Below are positions 38,370-49,239 of a stretch of 64,000 nucleotides of DNA, in pieces. The DNA comes from a bacterium (GTDB taxonomy: Bacteria > Patescibacteriota > Microgenomatia > Levybacterales > UBA12049). The stretch spans positions 160,142 through 224,141 of the forward strand of contig JAJYDJ010000001.1 in assembly GCA_021777565.1 (NCBI GenBank), written 5' to 3'. Positions within the stretch are counted from its first letter, which is position 1. The number at the start of each line of letters is the position of its first letter. The notes beneath the pieces were generated by a model. The model was given only the letters and a program-made list of their open reading frames with translations, was not told the origin of the DNA and ran no database searches. The position numbers and the translations under genes are program-made.

Positions 38370-39443
38370 ATGGGATACGCACTGAAAGACAAACAAGCAT
38401 TTTTGAAGGAATGGGAGGAGCTTCTTGTATCTGCACAGGATATTCTTATTACGACTCATATTCGTGAAGATGATGACGCTATTGGATCTTTGCTCTCACT
38501 GTATTCACACCTCACACGCACTTACCCAACAAAGAAAGTCAAAATGGCCGTTTCATATGCTACCAAGCCTCGATGGAATCAATTTAAGAATTTTGATCTT
38601 ATTCAGTTTGATAAAGATATTGCAGATGAAATAGATCAGCATGACCTACTTATTATTGTTGATACTGCAAATTATGACCGCGTCTCCTATAAACCAGATA
38701 TCCTTGCAGCAAGTCACATCAAAAAGATGTGTATTGATAACCATGAATCAACCGAGCGTGATGCTTTTGACGCGATGTGTATTGATCTGGATACGGTATC
38801 GGTTTCAGAAATGGTCTATGAACTTTTTTATGAACAAGCAGCGCATATTCTCAGGGATGATGCGGAAGCCATGATGCTTGGCATTTTGGGTGATAGTATA
38901 TGGTTTACGCTAAACTTAGCACCCAAGAAAGTAAAAGTGTTCACTATTGTGGAGAGGCTTTTACGAGAAGGACAAATTGACCTGGAGACATTTAAAGAAA
39001 AATTTTGGCTTGAACCCTCTCAGACATTTCTTATCATGCAAAACGCGATGAGCCATGCAACATTCTATGAAATACCTGGATGGCCAAAGTTCTTGTGTAG
39101 TTATATTGATCGCGAGTTTGTTGAGAAACACAAATTTTCTGATGCGGATCTATCAGTAGGGATGAGTGCCTACACGGCTGACTTTAATAAAACACTCAGT
39201 GATGTCCCATGGGGAATTAGTCTGTATCCACAGAAGGATGGAAGTATCAAGGCATCACTGCGGTCTCGTCCTGGCAGCGTAAACGTTCGCGTCATTGCAG
39301 AAACAATGGGGCTAGGGAAAGGACACGATGGAGCAAGCGGCATGGTGTTCCCAAGTAATGGGGAAACACTTCAACCAGCAGAGGCAGTAGAGGAATTTTT
39401 GGAATTTCTAAAAACACATACACCAGTAAAGTACGAACACTAG
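38370..39443 (+). CDS. DHH/DHHA1 phosphoesterase (NrnA-like), DHH motif reads DNH
   Basis: THIREDDDAIGS, VDTA, IDNH, GILGDS, SLRS, GKGHDGASG. Confidence 0.85.
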   Translation: MGYALKDKQAFLKEWEELLVSAQDILITTHIREDDDAIGSLLSLYSHLTRTYPTKKVKMAVSYATKPRWNQFKNFDLIQFDKDIADEIDQHDLLIIVDTANYDRVSYKPDILAASHIKKMCIDNHESTERDAFDAMCIDLDTVSVSEMVYELFYEQAAHILRDDAEAMMLGILGDSIWFTLNLAPKKVKVFTIVERLLREGQIDLETFKEKFWLEPSQTFLIMQNAMSHATFYEIPGWPKFLCSYIDREFVEKHKFSDADLSVGMSAYTADFNKTLSDVPWGISLYPQKDGSIKASLRSRPGSVNVRVIAETMGLGKGHDGASGMVFPSNGETLQPAEAVEEFLEFLKTHTPVKYEH

Positions 39444-39458
39444 TCTAGAATAAAAAAT

Positions 39459-40004
39459 ATGCCTGCTGCGACACATACAAATCGACCATACCAAATTATT
39501 CCCTATGATCCTCATTGGGCAGAAAAGTTTCAGACGCATGCAGCAACACTCCACAAAATTTTTGGAGATACGGTGGTCATGCTTGAGCATATCGGAAGCA
39601 CCGCAATCCCTGGCATGTGGGCAAAACCTCAAATAGACATTGTCATGACAGTAAAAGAATTTGAGAATGTCCCAACGTACTATGAAGCGATGCAACACGC
39701 AGGGTATACACCACGTGGAGATTGGACAGGCCAAATGGGAGAAGAGTATTTCACCTATGACACATCAGATGGCATTCGTGAAGCAAGTATCCATGTGTTG
39801 CCAATTGGCCATAAGTGGGCAACTCAGTTGGTCGATTTTAGGGATTACTTATTGACCCATCCTGACGACCTCAGACGGTATGCAGATATGAAAAAAGAGC
39901 TTCATCAGAAGCATCCCTCGGATTACACCAGTTACTATAAGGGTAAGGTAGAACTAGTAGAAGAGCTTTTGGATAAAGCTGCTGCATGGCGTCATCGCTC
40001 ATAG
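39459..40004 (+). CDS. GrpB/UPF0157 nucleotidyltransferase-like protein
   Basis: EHIGSTAIPGMWAKPQIDI, FRDYL, Y..GK. Confidence 0.92.
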   Translation: MPAATHTNRPYQIIPYDPHWAEKFQTHAATLHKIFGDTVVMLEHIGSTAIPGMWAKPQIDIVMTVKEFENVPTYYEAMQHAGYTPRGDWTGQMGEEYFTYDTSDGIREASIHVLPIGHKWATQLVDFRDYLLTHPDDLRRYADMKKELHQKHPSDYTSYYKGKVELVEELLDKAAAWRHRS

Positions 40005-40040
40005 CTTTATAGTTACATGAAAATGGCTTATACTACACGT

Positions 40041-41438
40041 ATGCTCAAGTTGTATAACACCCTCTCCAGAAGTGTTGAAGAATTCAAACCCCTCAAGGAT
40101 GATCAAGTTTCTTTGTATGCCTGTGGGATGACCGTCTATGACAATGCCCATATTGGCCATGCCAAAAAATATATTGGTGATGATATTCTGGTGCGCGTAC
40201 TGCGTTGGGACGGCTACGAAGTGACGCATGCGATGAATGTTACTGATGTCGGACATCTGGTGAGTGATGAGGATACGGGCGAGGATAAGATGGAAAAAGG
40301 CGCCCGAAAATATGACATGTCTGTGTGGGATGTGGCACACAAATTCGAGGGACAATTTTGGGACAGCATGGACGCTGTTGGTAATGACAGGCCAGATGTA
40401 CTCATGCATGCGACGGATTACATACCAGAACAGATTGCTCTCATTCAGACGCTTGAGAAGAAAGGCTATACCTACCAGATAGAAGATGGTATTTATTTTG
40501 ACACCTCAAAATTCCCACACTATTTTGATTTGTCACGACAAGACCCTGAAAAATTGAAAGCTGGAGCACGCGTAGAATTTGTAGAAGGCAAGAAAAATGT
40601 CAGTGATTTTGCACTCTGGAAATTCTCACCAAAGACTGAAAAACGCGAGATGGAATGGGAGAGCCCATGGGGAGTCGGATTCCCGGGTTGGCATATCGAA
40701 TGTAGTGCCATGAGTATGGATGCATTTGGGCCGAGACTGGATATTCATACCGGTGGGATAGATCATATCGCCATTCACCATACAGATGAAATTGCACAAA
40801 GTGAGGCGGCGACAGGGGAAAAGTTTGTAAATTATTGGGTGCATCATAATTTTCTTCTTGTAGATGGACAGAAAATGAGCAAAAGTCTAGGGAATGTGTA
40901 TTCAGTACAAGATGTTATTGCAAAAGGATTTGATCCACTCTCTCTTCGGTATCTCTTTCTAACTGGTCATTATCGTCAGGAGATGAATTTTACCTGGGAA
41001 TCCCTTGAGGCTGCACAGACAGCGTATAAAAAACTGATTGCCCATGTTAGATCACTGCAACAGGAGCCAACCGAGGCAGTCAGTGCCGAGAAAGAAGAAT
41101 CGTATGAACAGCAATTTATAGACAGTGTGAATGATGATCTGAACACCGCAAAAGCAATTGCCACTATGTGGGATATGCTCAAAAGTGATCTGCCAGCAGG
41201 GGAGAAGATAACGGCATTATCGATGATGGACTCCATTCTCGGGCTACAGATATTTAAAAAAGCAGAAGAACATGAAGAAGTACTGATTCCACAAGAAGTA
41301 CTTGATCTTCTGCAGGAGAGGGAAGCATTTAGAAAAGCAGGGGATTTCACTGCCTCAGATGAAATGAGGGCGAAAATTAGCGATCTGGGATTTGATGTTA
41401 TTGACAGCAAGACCGGATCACAGCTAAAAAAGAAATAG
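40041..41438 (+). CDS. cysS: Cysteine--tRNA ligase
   Basis: HIGH, PGWHIECSAM, KMSKS. Confidence 0.98.
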   Translation: MLKLYNTLSRSVEEFKPLKDDQVSLYACGMTVYDNAHIGHAKKYIGDDILVRVLRWDGYEVTHAMNVTDVGHLVSDEDTGEDKMEKGARKYDMSVWDVAHKFEGQFWDSMDAVGNDRPDVLMHATDYIPEQIALIQTLEKKGYTYQIEDGIYFDTSKFPHYFDLSRQDPEKLKAGARVEFVEGKKNVSDFALWKFSPKTEKREMEWESPWGVGFPGWHIECSAMSMDAFGPRLDIHTGGIDHIAIHHTDEIAQSEAATGEKFVNYWVHHNFLLVDGQKMSKSLGNVYSVQDVIAKGFDPLSLRYLFLTGHYRQEMNFTWESLEAAQTAYKKLIAHVRSLQQEPTEAVSAEKEESYEQQFIDSVNDDLNTAKAIATMWDMLKSDLPAGEKITALSMMDSILGLQIFKKAEEHEEVLIPQEVLDLLQEREAFRKAGDFTASDEMRAKISDLGFDVIDSKTGSQLKKK

Positions 41439-41439
41439 T

Positions 41440-41775
41440 ATGCCAGATATTCAACTGCCCACCATGTGCCCCAAGTGTGGAGGAGTCATCACCCCCGGAG
41501 ATATTTTCTGTAGTCATTGTGGATATGCGCTCGTTGCGCAACCTATTCATATCGGACAACAAATCAATATCATTTTGATAAGTTTGTTATTGCCACCATT
41601 TGGCCTCGTGTACTTTTTTAAATATTTCAAGTCAGAAAATAGCTCAAATAAAAGAATTGGGTATATCGCTGGCGTACTCACTATTGTCTCAACGATTTTT
41701 GTTACCTGGACGACAATTGGAGTTTGGCAGGGGATCCAGCAAACATTTTCTCAATATCCAAGCTTGAGCTATTAG
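41440..41775 (+). CDS. Zinc-ribbon membrane protein
   Basis: CPKCG...FCSHCG plus two TMs. Confidence 0.8.
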   Translation: MPDIQLPTMCPKCGGVITPGDIFCSHCGYALVAQPIHIGQQINIILISLLLPPFGLVYFFKYFKSENSSNKRIGYIAGVLTIVSTIFVTWTTIGVWQGIQQTFSQYPSLSY

Positions 41776-42059
41776 CGCATCCCGATGAAGTCGATATGTG
41801 GGAAGTCTTTCCTGATGTATCCCCAGAACGTCTCAGCTGTTTTATTGGAATATTTACCGTAGCGACTGGTCTCAGAGTAGCCACAAAGAATATTTTCAAA
41901 ACGCCTGATCAAATTCAGGACATCCTCACCAGTCTCGTCTAATTCTTTTTGTCCTGCGTGAGTTTTAGGATCATAGGCATCATGTGCCACCCGAAACGCT
42001 TCAAAAACTGCTTTATTTCTATCAATCATATCCTGGTAGTATTCCTGTGACTTGGTCAT
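41772..42059 (-). CDS. Hypothetical protein
   Basis: Start MTKSQEYY after TATACT. Confidence 0.65.
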   Translation of the reverse strand: MTKSQEYYQDMIDRNKAVFEAFRVAHDAYDPKTHAGQKELDETGEDVLNLIRRFENILCGYSETSRYGKYSNKTAETFWGYIRKDFPHIDFIGMR

Positions 42060-42153
42060 GTATTGCCAGTATACGAAAGGAAATATCATCTGGTAAAGAG
42101 CACAATACATATCAAACCTTGACAACTTTTTCTCAGGTTGTCACTATAGAGAT

Positions 42154-42621
42154 ATGCCAAAGAAGACTGCCCGTCCTTCTAACTCTGATACGTTTCACAA
42201 ACGCTTCATGACTGTGACCCCACTATCCAAGTGCATTGCGTTGTTTTTCTTTATTTTGCTTCCTATTTTTGCCTTCGTGATTGGGGCGAGGTATCAGCGG
42301 GTTCTTGACCAAGTGATGTTGTATCAGACCATTATCCCGACTTCTAATCGAGTAATTACACTTACAGCACTAGATAATGGTATGACAAAATATGCACAGG
42401 TGGGGGACACACTTCAAGTAACACCAGATGGTGCGATGAAGGCGTCTCTTATGAGTTCTGATGAACATGTGGTAAAACCTGATGCTACGCAGTCTGGTCT
42501 ATTTAAAGCACTTAAACCTGGAGAAGTGACTCTGTCTGGGACACTCGCACCAATTTGTCGTAGAACTATGCCGTGTCCACAACTGATCATCCGCTATAGT
42601 GTCGATATCGTCGTCAAATAA
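42154..42621 (+). CDS. Membrane-anchored hypothetical protein with beta-rich domain
   Basis: TVTPLSK.IALFFFILLP TM; C-terminal CRRTMPC. Confidence 0.65.
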   Translation: MPKKTARPSNSDTFHKRFMTVTPLSKCIALFFFILLPIFAFVIGARYQRVLDQVMLYQTIIPTSNRVITLTALDNGMTKYAQVGDTLQVTPDGAMKASLMSSDEHVVKPDATQSGLFKALKPGEVTLSGTLAPICRRTMPCPQLIIRYSVDIVVK

Positions 42622-42655
42622 GGATCTTCACGAAAGAAAGGAGGTGTATATCAAT

Positions 42656-42907
42656 ATGGCAACTAAGAAAAAAGCAGTGGCAAAGAAAAAAACAGTAGTA
42701 AAAGCAACCGCAAAAAAGACGGTTAAAAAAGCTGTGAGAAAAGTAGCAAGTGCTGCAGTAGCAGAAAAGAAAATGGTTAAGAAAGTAGCACGCGTCGCAG
42801 TCAAAGAGGTGCGTAAGCATCCAAAAGAAACTGTTGGACTCCTCGCAGGTCTTGCAGCACTCGGTGCTGGAATGGCACTCATGCTTGGCATGAAGAAGCG
42901 AAGATAA
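42656..42907 (+). CDS. Lys/Ala-rich histone-H1-like protein with C-terminal membrane tail
   Basis: AGGAGGT SD; KKAVAKKK-type repeats; hydrophobic tail ending KKRR. Confidence 0.75.
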   Translation: MATKKKAVAKKKTVVKATAKKTVKKAVRKVASAAVAEKKMVKKVARVAVKEVRKHPKETVGLLAGLAALGAGMALMLGMKKRR

Positions 42908-42928
42908 ACTATCTTTGCGAACTTATTC

Positions 42929-42968
42929 GAAGGCACATTCTCTGGTCAATTGAGAGTGTGCCTTTTTT
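42929..42968 (+). terminator. Intrinsic terminator
   Basis: AAGGCACATTCTC / GAGAGTGTGCCTT stem followed by T run. Confidence 0.85.
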
Positions 42969-43130
42969 GTGAGAGAAGAGGATTAAAGAAGCAGTTCTCT
43001 GTGGACTTTGAGTTTGTTATTTCGAACCAAGAAATAGATGATTTTGTGGATAAAATAAAAGAATGGCAGAGCTTATTTGTACAACGCTCATTAATTTAAC
43101 CGGAAATTCAGTTGGCCTATTGAGGAATTC

Positions 43131-43730
43131 TTATACTATTGATTCTGTCTTAACTTCTCCGTCACGTTTGTAGTAAAGAAAAACTATACCATTTGGGGTA
43201 ACTTTAGATTCAAAGAGTTTGAAGGAAGCAGGGATTGTGCCTTTATCAAATAATCGTTTTCCGTTGCCTAATGTAATAGGAAATATTTTAAGCCAAAATT
43301 CATCCACCAAATCATGCTCCATTAATGTCTGTACAAGATTAGCACTTCCATAAACTTGTAGGTCTGGACCATCTGAGCGTTTTAATTCTTTTAATCCTTC
43401 GACATCACTTAACACTACAGTATTTTCCCATGATGGATTTTTTAAGGTTCTGGAGACTACATATTTTGTGATTTTGTTTACTTGAGGCCAGGGCTCTGTA
43501 TGCTCTGGCCAATATCCTGCAAAGATATCATACGTTTTTCTTCCAAGGAGTAAACCAGCTGTCTCTTTCATCTGTTTTTCCATTTCATGACCAGCAACTT
43601 CATCTTTACCAAAATATGGACCCATCCATCCGCCGTATTTAAAACCTTCGCTAACATCTTCCTGAGAGGCACCTGGCGCCTGCATGACACCATCAAGGGT
43701 AAGGAATTCAACAACAATAATCTTTCTCAT
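43131..43730 (-). CDS. Dihydrofolate reductase family (RibD C-terminal-like) protein
   Basis: FLTLDGVMQAPG, LLGRKTY, GSANLVQTL, LGNGKRLF. Confidence 0.92.
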   Translation of the reverse strand: MRKIIVVEFLTLDGVMQAPGASQEDVSEGFKYGGWMGPYFGKDEVAGHEMEKQMKETAGLLLGRKTYDIFAGYWPEHTEPWPQVNKITKYVVSRTLKNPSWENTVVLSDVEGLKELKRSDGPDLQVYGSANLVQTLMEHDLVDEFWLKIFPITLGNGKRLFDKGTIPASFKLFESKVTPNGIVFLYYKRDGEVKTESIV

Positions 43731-43771
43731 GAAACCATCTTAACACAACGACAACTTACTGGAAATATTAC

Positions 43772-43811
43772 TTTTGAGACTAAAATTTACTGAGTACTAG
43801 GGACTCGAACC
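43772..43811. repeat. Two short duplications of tRNA-Leu sequence (att-like scars)
   Basis: TTTTGAGACTA (43772-43782) = anticodon arm copy; AGGGACTCGAACC (43799-43811) = T-arm copy. Confidence 0.5.
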
Positions 43812-43878
43812 ATTTTAGCTTCAAAAATTGCGGTGAAGAAGGGAGATTACAAAAAATTAGCCTCAAAAATGGAGTTTG

Positions 43879-43961
43879 TGGGCAAGGAGGGACTCGAACC
43901 CTCAAGGCCTTGCGACCAGTAGTTTTTGAGACTACCGCGTATACCATTCCGCCACTCGCCC
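43879..43961 (-). tRNA. tRNA-Leu(CAA)
   Basis: Acceptor GGGCGAG/CTTGCCC, anticodon loop CTCAAAA, long variable arm, T-loop TTCGAGT. Confidence 0.95.
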
Positions 43962-44013
43962 TAGACTAGCCTCATTATACCTTTTTTGCCTTTTTTCTGC
44001 TATACTTGAGCAT

Positions 44014-44568
44014 ATGTTAGTTGTGTCTGAACTTCGTGCAGGAGCTATTTTTGAAGAGGACGGCGTTCTGTGGCAGGTCCTTTCCTATGAGCACATCAAG
44101 ATGGGTCGTGGCAGTGCCACCATCAAAGTAAAAGTGAAAAATCTTCGTACCGGAACCATCACTGAAAAAGGCTTTGTGAACGGAACCAAAGTAAAAGATG
44201 TGTCTGTCGTGAAAAAGCCACTGCAGTATCTGTACATGGATGATGACAGTGCCTATTTTATGGATAATGAGTCATTTGATCAGCTCGCAGTCCCACTTCG
44301 TCTGGTCAGTAATCCATTGTTTCTCAAAGACGGCGAATCCTATTCAATCTCATTTTTGGGGACAGAAGCACTCAGTGTCGAACTCCCTCCAAAAGTTGAA
44401 TTAACCATTGCTGAGACCGCTCCTGGCATCAAAGGGAATTCAGCATCAAATGTGTACAAAGAAGCAGTCATGGAAAATGGATTTAAGACTCGCGTACCAC
44501 TTTTTATTAATATTGGAGACAAAATTCGCATTGATACCAGAACAGGGGATTATACTGAGCGCGCATAA
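44014..44568 (+). CDS. efp: Elongation factor P
   Basis: HIKMGRGSA loop, VPLFINIGDKIRIDTRTGDYTERA. Confidence 0.97.
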   Translation: MLVVSELRAGAIFEEDGVLWQVLSYEHIKMGRGSATIKVKVKNLRTGTITEKGFVNGTKVKDVSVVKKPLQYLYMDDDSAYFMDNESFDQLAVPLRLVSNPLFLKDGESYSISFLGTEALSVELPPKVELTIAETAPGIKGNSASNVYKEAVMENGFKTRVPLFINIGDKIRIDTRTGDYTERA

Positions 44569-44612
44569 CCCTTTTCTTCTCTGAATTTCTGCTATACTAA
44601 GTACACTAACGT

Positions 44613-45851
44613 ATGACACGCCTTTTTTCAGCCTTGAGAAATCGTGCATTCCTTTTCCTCTGGCTCGCAGAGTTACTTTCTCAAGTCGCAATGAACATGA
44701 TGAACTTTGTGCTCATCTTGTTCGCTTTTCATATCACTTCATCAAATACAGCAGTCTCTGGTATCGTGCTTGCCTTTACGATCCCTGCGCTCCTTTTCGG
44801 AATCTTGGCAGGTGTCTATGTGGACTGGTGGGATAAAAGAACTGTTCTTATTGCGACAAACGTCTTGAGAGGCATTATTCTTTTCTTTTTGATTTTCTTT
44901 CAAAGTAATCTTGTTGTCTTGTACGTCATCACGTTCTTAATTTCTATCATTACGCAATTTTTCATACCTGCCGAGACACCGATGATTCCACTGATCGTTT
45001 CGGAGTCAGAACTTTTTTCTGCGAATGCACTGTTTAGTATGGCGTGGTTCGGGTCAGTGTTTATCGCATATGGTCTCTCTGGCCCAATGTTGCTTCTTTT
45101 TGGGAGGACGAACGCGCTGTCGGCATTGGTGATTTGTTTTTTCCTTGCAGGTGCCGCTGCAATTCTTATTAAAGTGCGAGATACGGGCAAGACTGTTAAG
45201 AAGGAGAGACTTCATATTTGGAAGGAAATTATTAATGCCTTTACTGTGATTTTCAAAAATACTGATGTGGCGCACGCATTTTTACTTCTGGCACTGACTC
45301 AAGTGTTAACACTGATCGTGTCGGTGCTGGGTCCGGGGTTTGCCAAAGATGTCCTACGTATTCCCATTGATGCATTCCCACTCGTATTTATCACGCCGGC
45401 CATCGTTGGCATGGTCATAGGCTCAGCCTTGGTTACCAGTGTATTTTATCGATTTAATCGTCATAAGAGCTCAACCTTGGGGCTTATGTTGGCTGCAGTA
45501 ACGGTTCTCACCATGGCATTTGGTCGTGAAATCGCGTGGTATCTGCACCACACCATGCTCCATGGTACTCCCGAGAAGACAGTACTTTTGACACTTATGA
45601 TTGGCGTTGCGGTGCTGCTGGGATTTGCGAACTCATTTATGTTCGTCCCATCTAACACTCTCGTGCAAGAGCAGACCTCTGATGAACTGCGTGGTAAAAT
45701 CTATGGGACACTCAGTAGTGTGGTAGCATTGTTGTCATTCCTGCCGGTTATTGTCGTTGGACCCTTGGCAGATATTTTTGGGGTTGAGCGAGTCCTGATG
45801 GGAGTTGGAGTTGGTATCGCTGCTATCGGAATTGCTCGATTAAAACTATGA
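44613..45851 (+). CDS. MFS transporter (DHA3/MFS_3-like)
   Basis: About 12 TMs, GVYVDWWDKR, LRGKIYG. Confidence 0.9.
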   Translation: MTRLFSALRNRAFLFLWLAELLSQVAMNMMNFVLILFAFHITSSNTAVSGIVLAFTIPALLFGILAGVYVDWWDKRTVLIATNVLRGIILFFLIFFQSNLVVLYVITFLISIITQFFIPAETPMIPLIVSESELFSANALFSMAWFGSVFIAYGLSGPMLLLFGRTNALSALVICFFLAGAAAILIKVRDTGKTVKKERLHIWKEIINAFTVIFKNTDVAHAFLLLALTQVLTLIVSVLGPGFAKDVLRIPIDAFPLVFITPAIVGMVIGSALVTSVFYRFNRHKSSTLGLMLAAVTVLTMAFGREIAWYLHHTMLHGTPEKTVLLTLMIGVAVLLGFANSFMFVPSNTLVQEQTSDELRGKIYGTLSSVVALLSFLPVIVVGPLADIFGVERVLMGVGVGIAAIGIARLKL

Positions 45852-46525
45852 CCGTTCTCTCATACATCATTGGCATTATCGTTTTTCTCTATTCTATTTT
45901 TGTCCTGTCCAGGGATGATTATTTGCTGATTCGTAAAAATGTCTCTCAAGAGACAATGTTTTCTCTCAGTCTATTTTGTATTCTTACCAGCCTTTTTATC
46001 GCACGTGTTGTCTTTGCACTAGAGCGTCATCATGTAGCATATCTTAACCCACTGGTGTTTTTTGCACTGCAATATTTCCCTGGACTCTCATTGACTGGTG
46101 GCATGTTGGGATTTTTAGGAGGCTTTTTTATCTTTGCCAAACGCCAAAAGCTGCCATTTGCTCGTATCGTTGATATTCTTTCACTTGCGGCATTGTATAG
46201 CTTCTCCAGTGGACTATTAGTCCATTTCTTGGGTGAACTGATCATTACTCATCATCCTCAGTGGGATATTTTAGTCAAAAGTATCGCCATGTGTGGCACA
46301 TGGGGTCTGCTTTTGTGGTTCTGGAATAAGAAAAATCTGCATGCTGGCAGTGTTGGAATATTAGCAATCGCCACCACCAGTGCGATATTTGCTATCAGCG
46401 CTATTGTTCTTATGGTCTTAACACATGGGAAACTCTCAATAGATGCTATGTCACTTATCGTTCTTTTTGTGATAAGTTTTGTCTGTTTTCTTTTGAGAAA
46501 GAGATTATTTTTTACCCATGATTGA
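45848..46525 (+). CDS. Lgt-like membrane protein (divergent)
   Basis: ARVVF...PGLSLTGGMLG...RIVD pattern of the Lgt N-terminal half. Confidence 0.6.
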   Translation: MTVLSYIIGIIVFLYSIFVLSRDDYLLIRKNVSQETMFSLSLFCILTSLFIARVVFALERHHVAYLNPLVFFALQYFPGLSLTGGMLGFLGGFFIFAKRQKLPFARIVDILSLAALYSFSSGLLVHFLGELIITHHPQWDILVKSIAMCGTWGLLLWFWNKKNLHAGSVGILAIATTSAIFAISAIVLMVLTHGKLSIDAMSLIVLFVISFVCFLLRKRLFFTHD

Positions 46526-47279
46526 GCCAACTATTCTTTTTGAGGACGATGCTATCGTTGTTGTTTCCAAACCTTTTGGTATGACGGTCAATGCTGCCGA
46601 TAGTGCTAAAGGGGAACTAACGCTGCAAGAGTGGGCAGAAGAGAAATATCATTTTAGCAGGACAACATGGGAACCATTGATGGTAGATGGATATAACGTC
46701 ACTGATGAATTTCTCAGTCGTGGCGGGGTAGTTCACCGGTTGGATAAAGAAACCTCTGGGGTGCTTGTCCTGGCTAAAAATCCAGAGTCATTTGCCAAAC
46801 TCAAGCATCAATTTCTTACCAGAACCACGCGTAAAACCTATCTTGCACTTGCTCACGGCAAGATCGCTCCTGAAAAGGGCCTTATTGATGCCCCGACTGG
46901 GAGATTGCCTTATAACCGTATGCGTTTTGGTGTGATTGCTGGTGGGAGAGAAGCCCAGACAGAGTATGACGTTCTTGCAATTTACACACTCAAAGTGCAC
47001 AAAGAGACAGAGACACTCTCTCTCGTGCAGTTGCATCCACTGACCGGCAGGACACATCAGATTCGTGTTCATTTAAAACATCTTGGACACCCGATATTTG
47101 CAGACGAATTATATGCTGGTCGCAAAACTGCCAGAGATGACAGGCAATTGTTACCACGACTTTTCTTGCATGCACAGCAACTTGAGTTTGTCCATCCTAC
47201 GACAGGGGAGCAGATGACGATAAAAGCACCGCTTCCTGAGGAGTTACAACACTTCCTCGATTCTTTACAAAAAGTCTAA
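46518..47279 (+). CDS. RluA/RluD family pseudouridine synthase
   Basis: VHRLDKETSG, TGRTHQIRVH, LFLHA. Confidence 0.95.
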   Translation: MIEPTILFEDDAIVVVSKPFGMTVNAADSAKGELTLQEWAEEKYHFSRTTWEPLMVDGYNVTDEFLSRGGVVHRLDKETSGVLVLAKNPESFAKLKHQFLTRTTRKTYLALAHGKIAPEKGLIDAPTGRLPYNRMRFGVIAGGREAQTEYDVLAIYTLKVHKETETLSLVQLHPLTGRTHQIRVHLKHLGHPIFADELYAGRKTARDDRQLLPRLFLHAQQLEFVHPTTGEQMTIKAPLPEELQHFLDSLQKV

Positions 47280-47331
47280 ATTTGCCGATGCTTGCCAGAA
47301 AGGCTTTTATTCCGGTAAAATACAGTTGATC

Positions 47332-48289
<958 letters not shown>

Positions 48290-48370
48290 AGCAGATGCGA
48301 AAGGATTTTTCCTTTCGTCGTCGCGAGCAGTCTTACCTCTAAAGACTTCTGGCTACGTCGAAAGTGACGG

Positions 48371-48880
48371 ATGTATATGGATATTTTAAATAACTTTGGA
48401 TTTGAACCAGTATTATTTGCTGCACAAGTAGTGAACTTTTTGGTCATATTATTTTTGCTGCAAAAATTTGCATTAAAACCGATTCTTAAGTTACTAGACG
48501 ATCGAAAACAGACGATAGCTGAAGGGTTTAAGAATGCTGAAACAGCACAAAAAGCACTCACACAAGCAGTCGAGGAAGAAAAGAAAATTATTCGAAGTGC
48601 CCAGCAGACTTCAGAGCAACTCATTGATACTGCAAAAAAGCAAGCAAAAGAAATTGTGACACTTGCACGCCAAGAAGCGAAAGAACAAGTTGAAGAAATT
48701 ATTGAATCAGCACGCGCTGAAATGGCACAAGAGCAGAAGAAACTTGAGAAGGAATTGGCTGTTTCTGTTGCCAGAACTGCCGTAAATATGGTAGAAAAAG
48801 CATTAGTAGGTCTTGTTGATCAGAAGGATCAACAAAAAGTTGTTGAGAAATTTACTGAGAAATTAAAGAAACAAGTATGA
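48371..48880 (+). CDS. atpF: ATP synthase subunit b
   Basis: AQVVNFLVI...KPILKLLDDRK, coiled coil. Confidence 0.93.
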   Translation: MYMDILNNFGFEPVLFAAQVVNFLVILFLLQKFALKPILKLLDDRKQTIAEGFKNAETAQKALTQAVEEEKKIIRSAQQTSEQLIDTAKKQAKEIVTLARQEAKEQVEEIIESARAEMAQEQKKLEKELAVSVARTAVNMVEKALVGLVDQKDQQKVVEKFTEKLKKQV

Positions 48881-49239
48881 CACGTAAACAGTTACAAATC
48901 CTTGTAGAACAAAGTTACACTGGACACAGTCTTGATGGTGCAAAAGTAGAACAACTGACTTCAAAGCTCTCACATAAAGATTTGCGTGGATATATAAGGC
49001 TTCTGAAAAAAAGAGAGCAAGAGCAGCAAGTTCACGTTGCCCTGCCAGTTGCTTCCGTGTATAATCAAAACGTAAATAAAGTATTGTTAGAGGTGTTTCC
49101 TGATAAGGAAATCTTGATCGAGGAAGATGCACTCCTCCTGTTAGGTGCAAAAATTACCGCAAATGACATGGTGTACGAGATGAGTTTGCGATCAAGACTC
49201 GAAGATTTTATTGAAAAGGTAGAACAATTGTATGACTAA
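48877..49239 (+). CDS. atpH: ATP synthase subunit delta (short)
   Basis: Operon position; C-terminal LLLGAKITANDMVYEMSLRSRL. Confidence 0.75.
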   Translation: MTRKQLQILVEQSYTGHSLDGAKVEQLTSKLSHKDLRGYIRLLKKREQEQQVHVALPVASVYNQNVNKVLLEVFPDKEILIEEDALLLLGAKITANDMVYEMSLRSRLEDFIEKVEQLYD

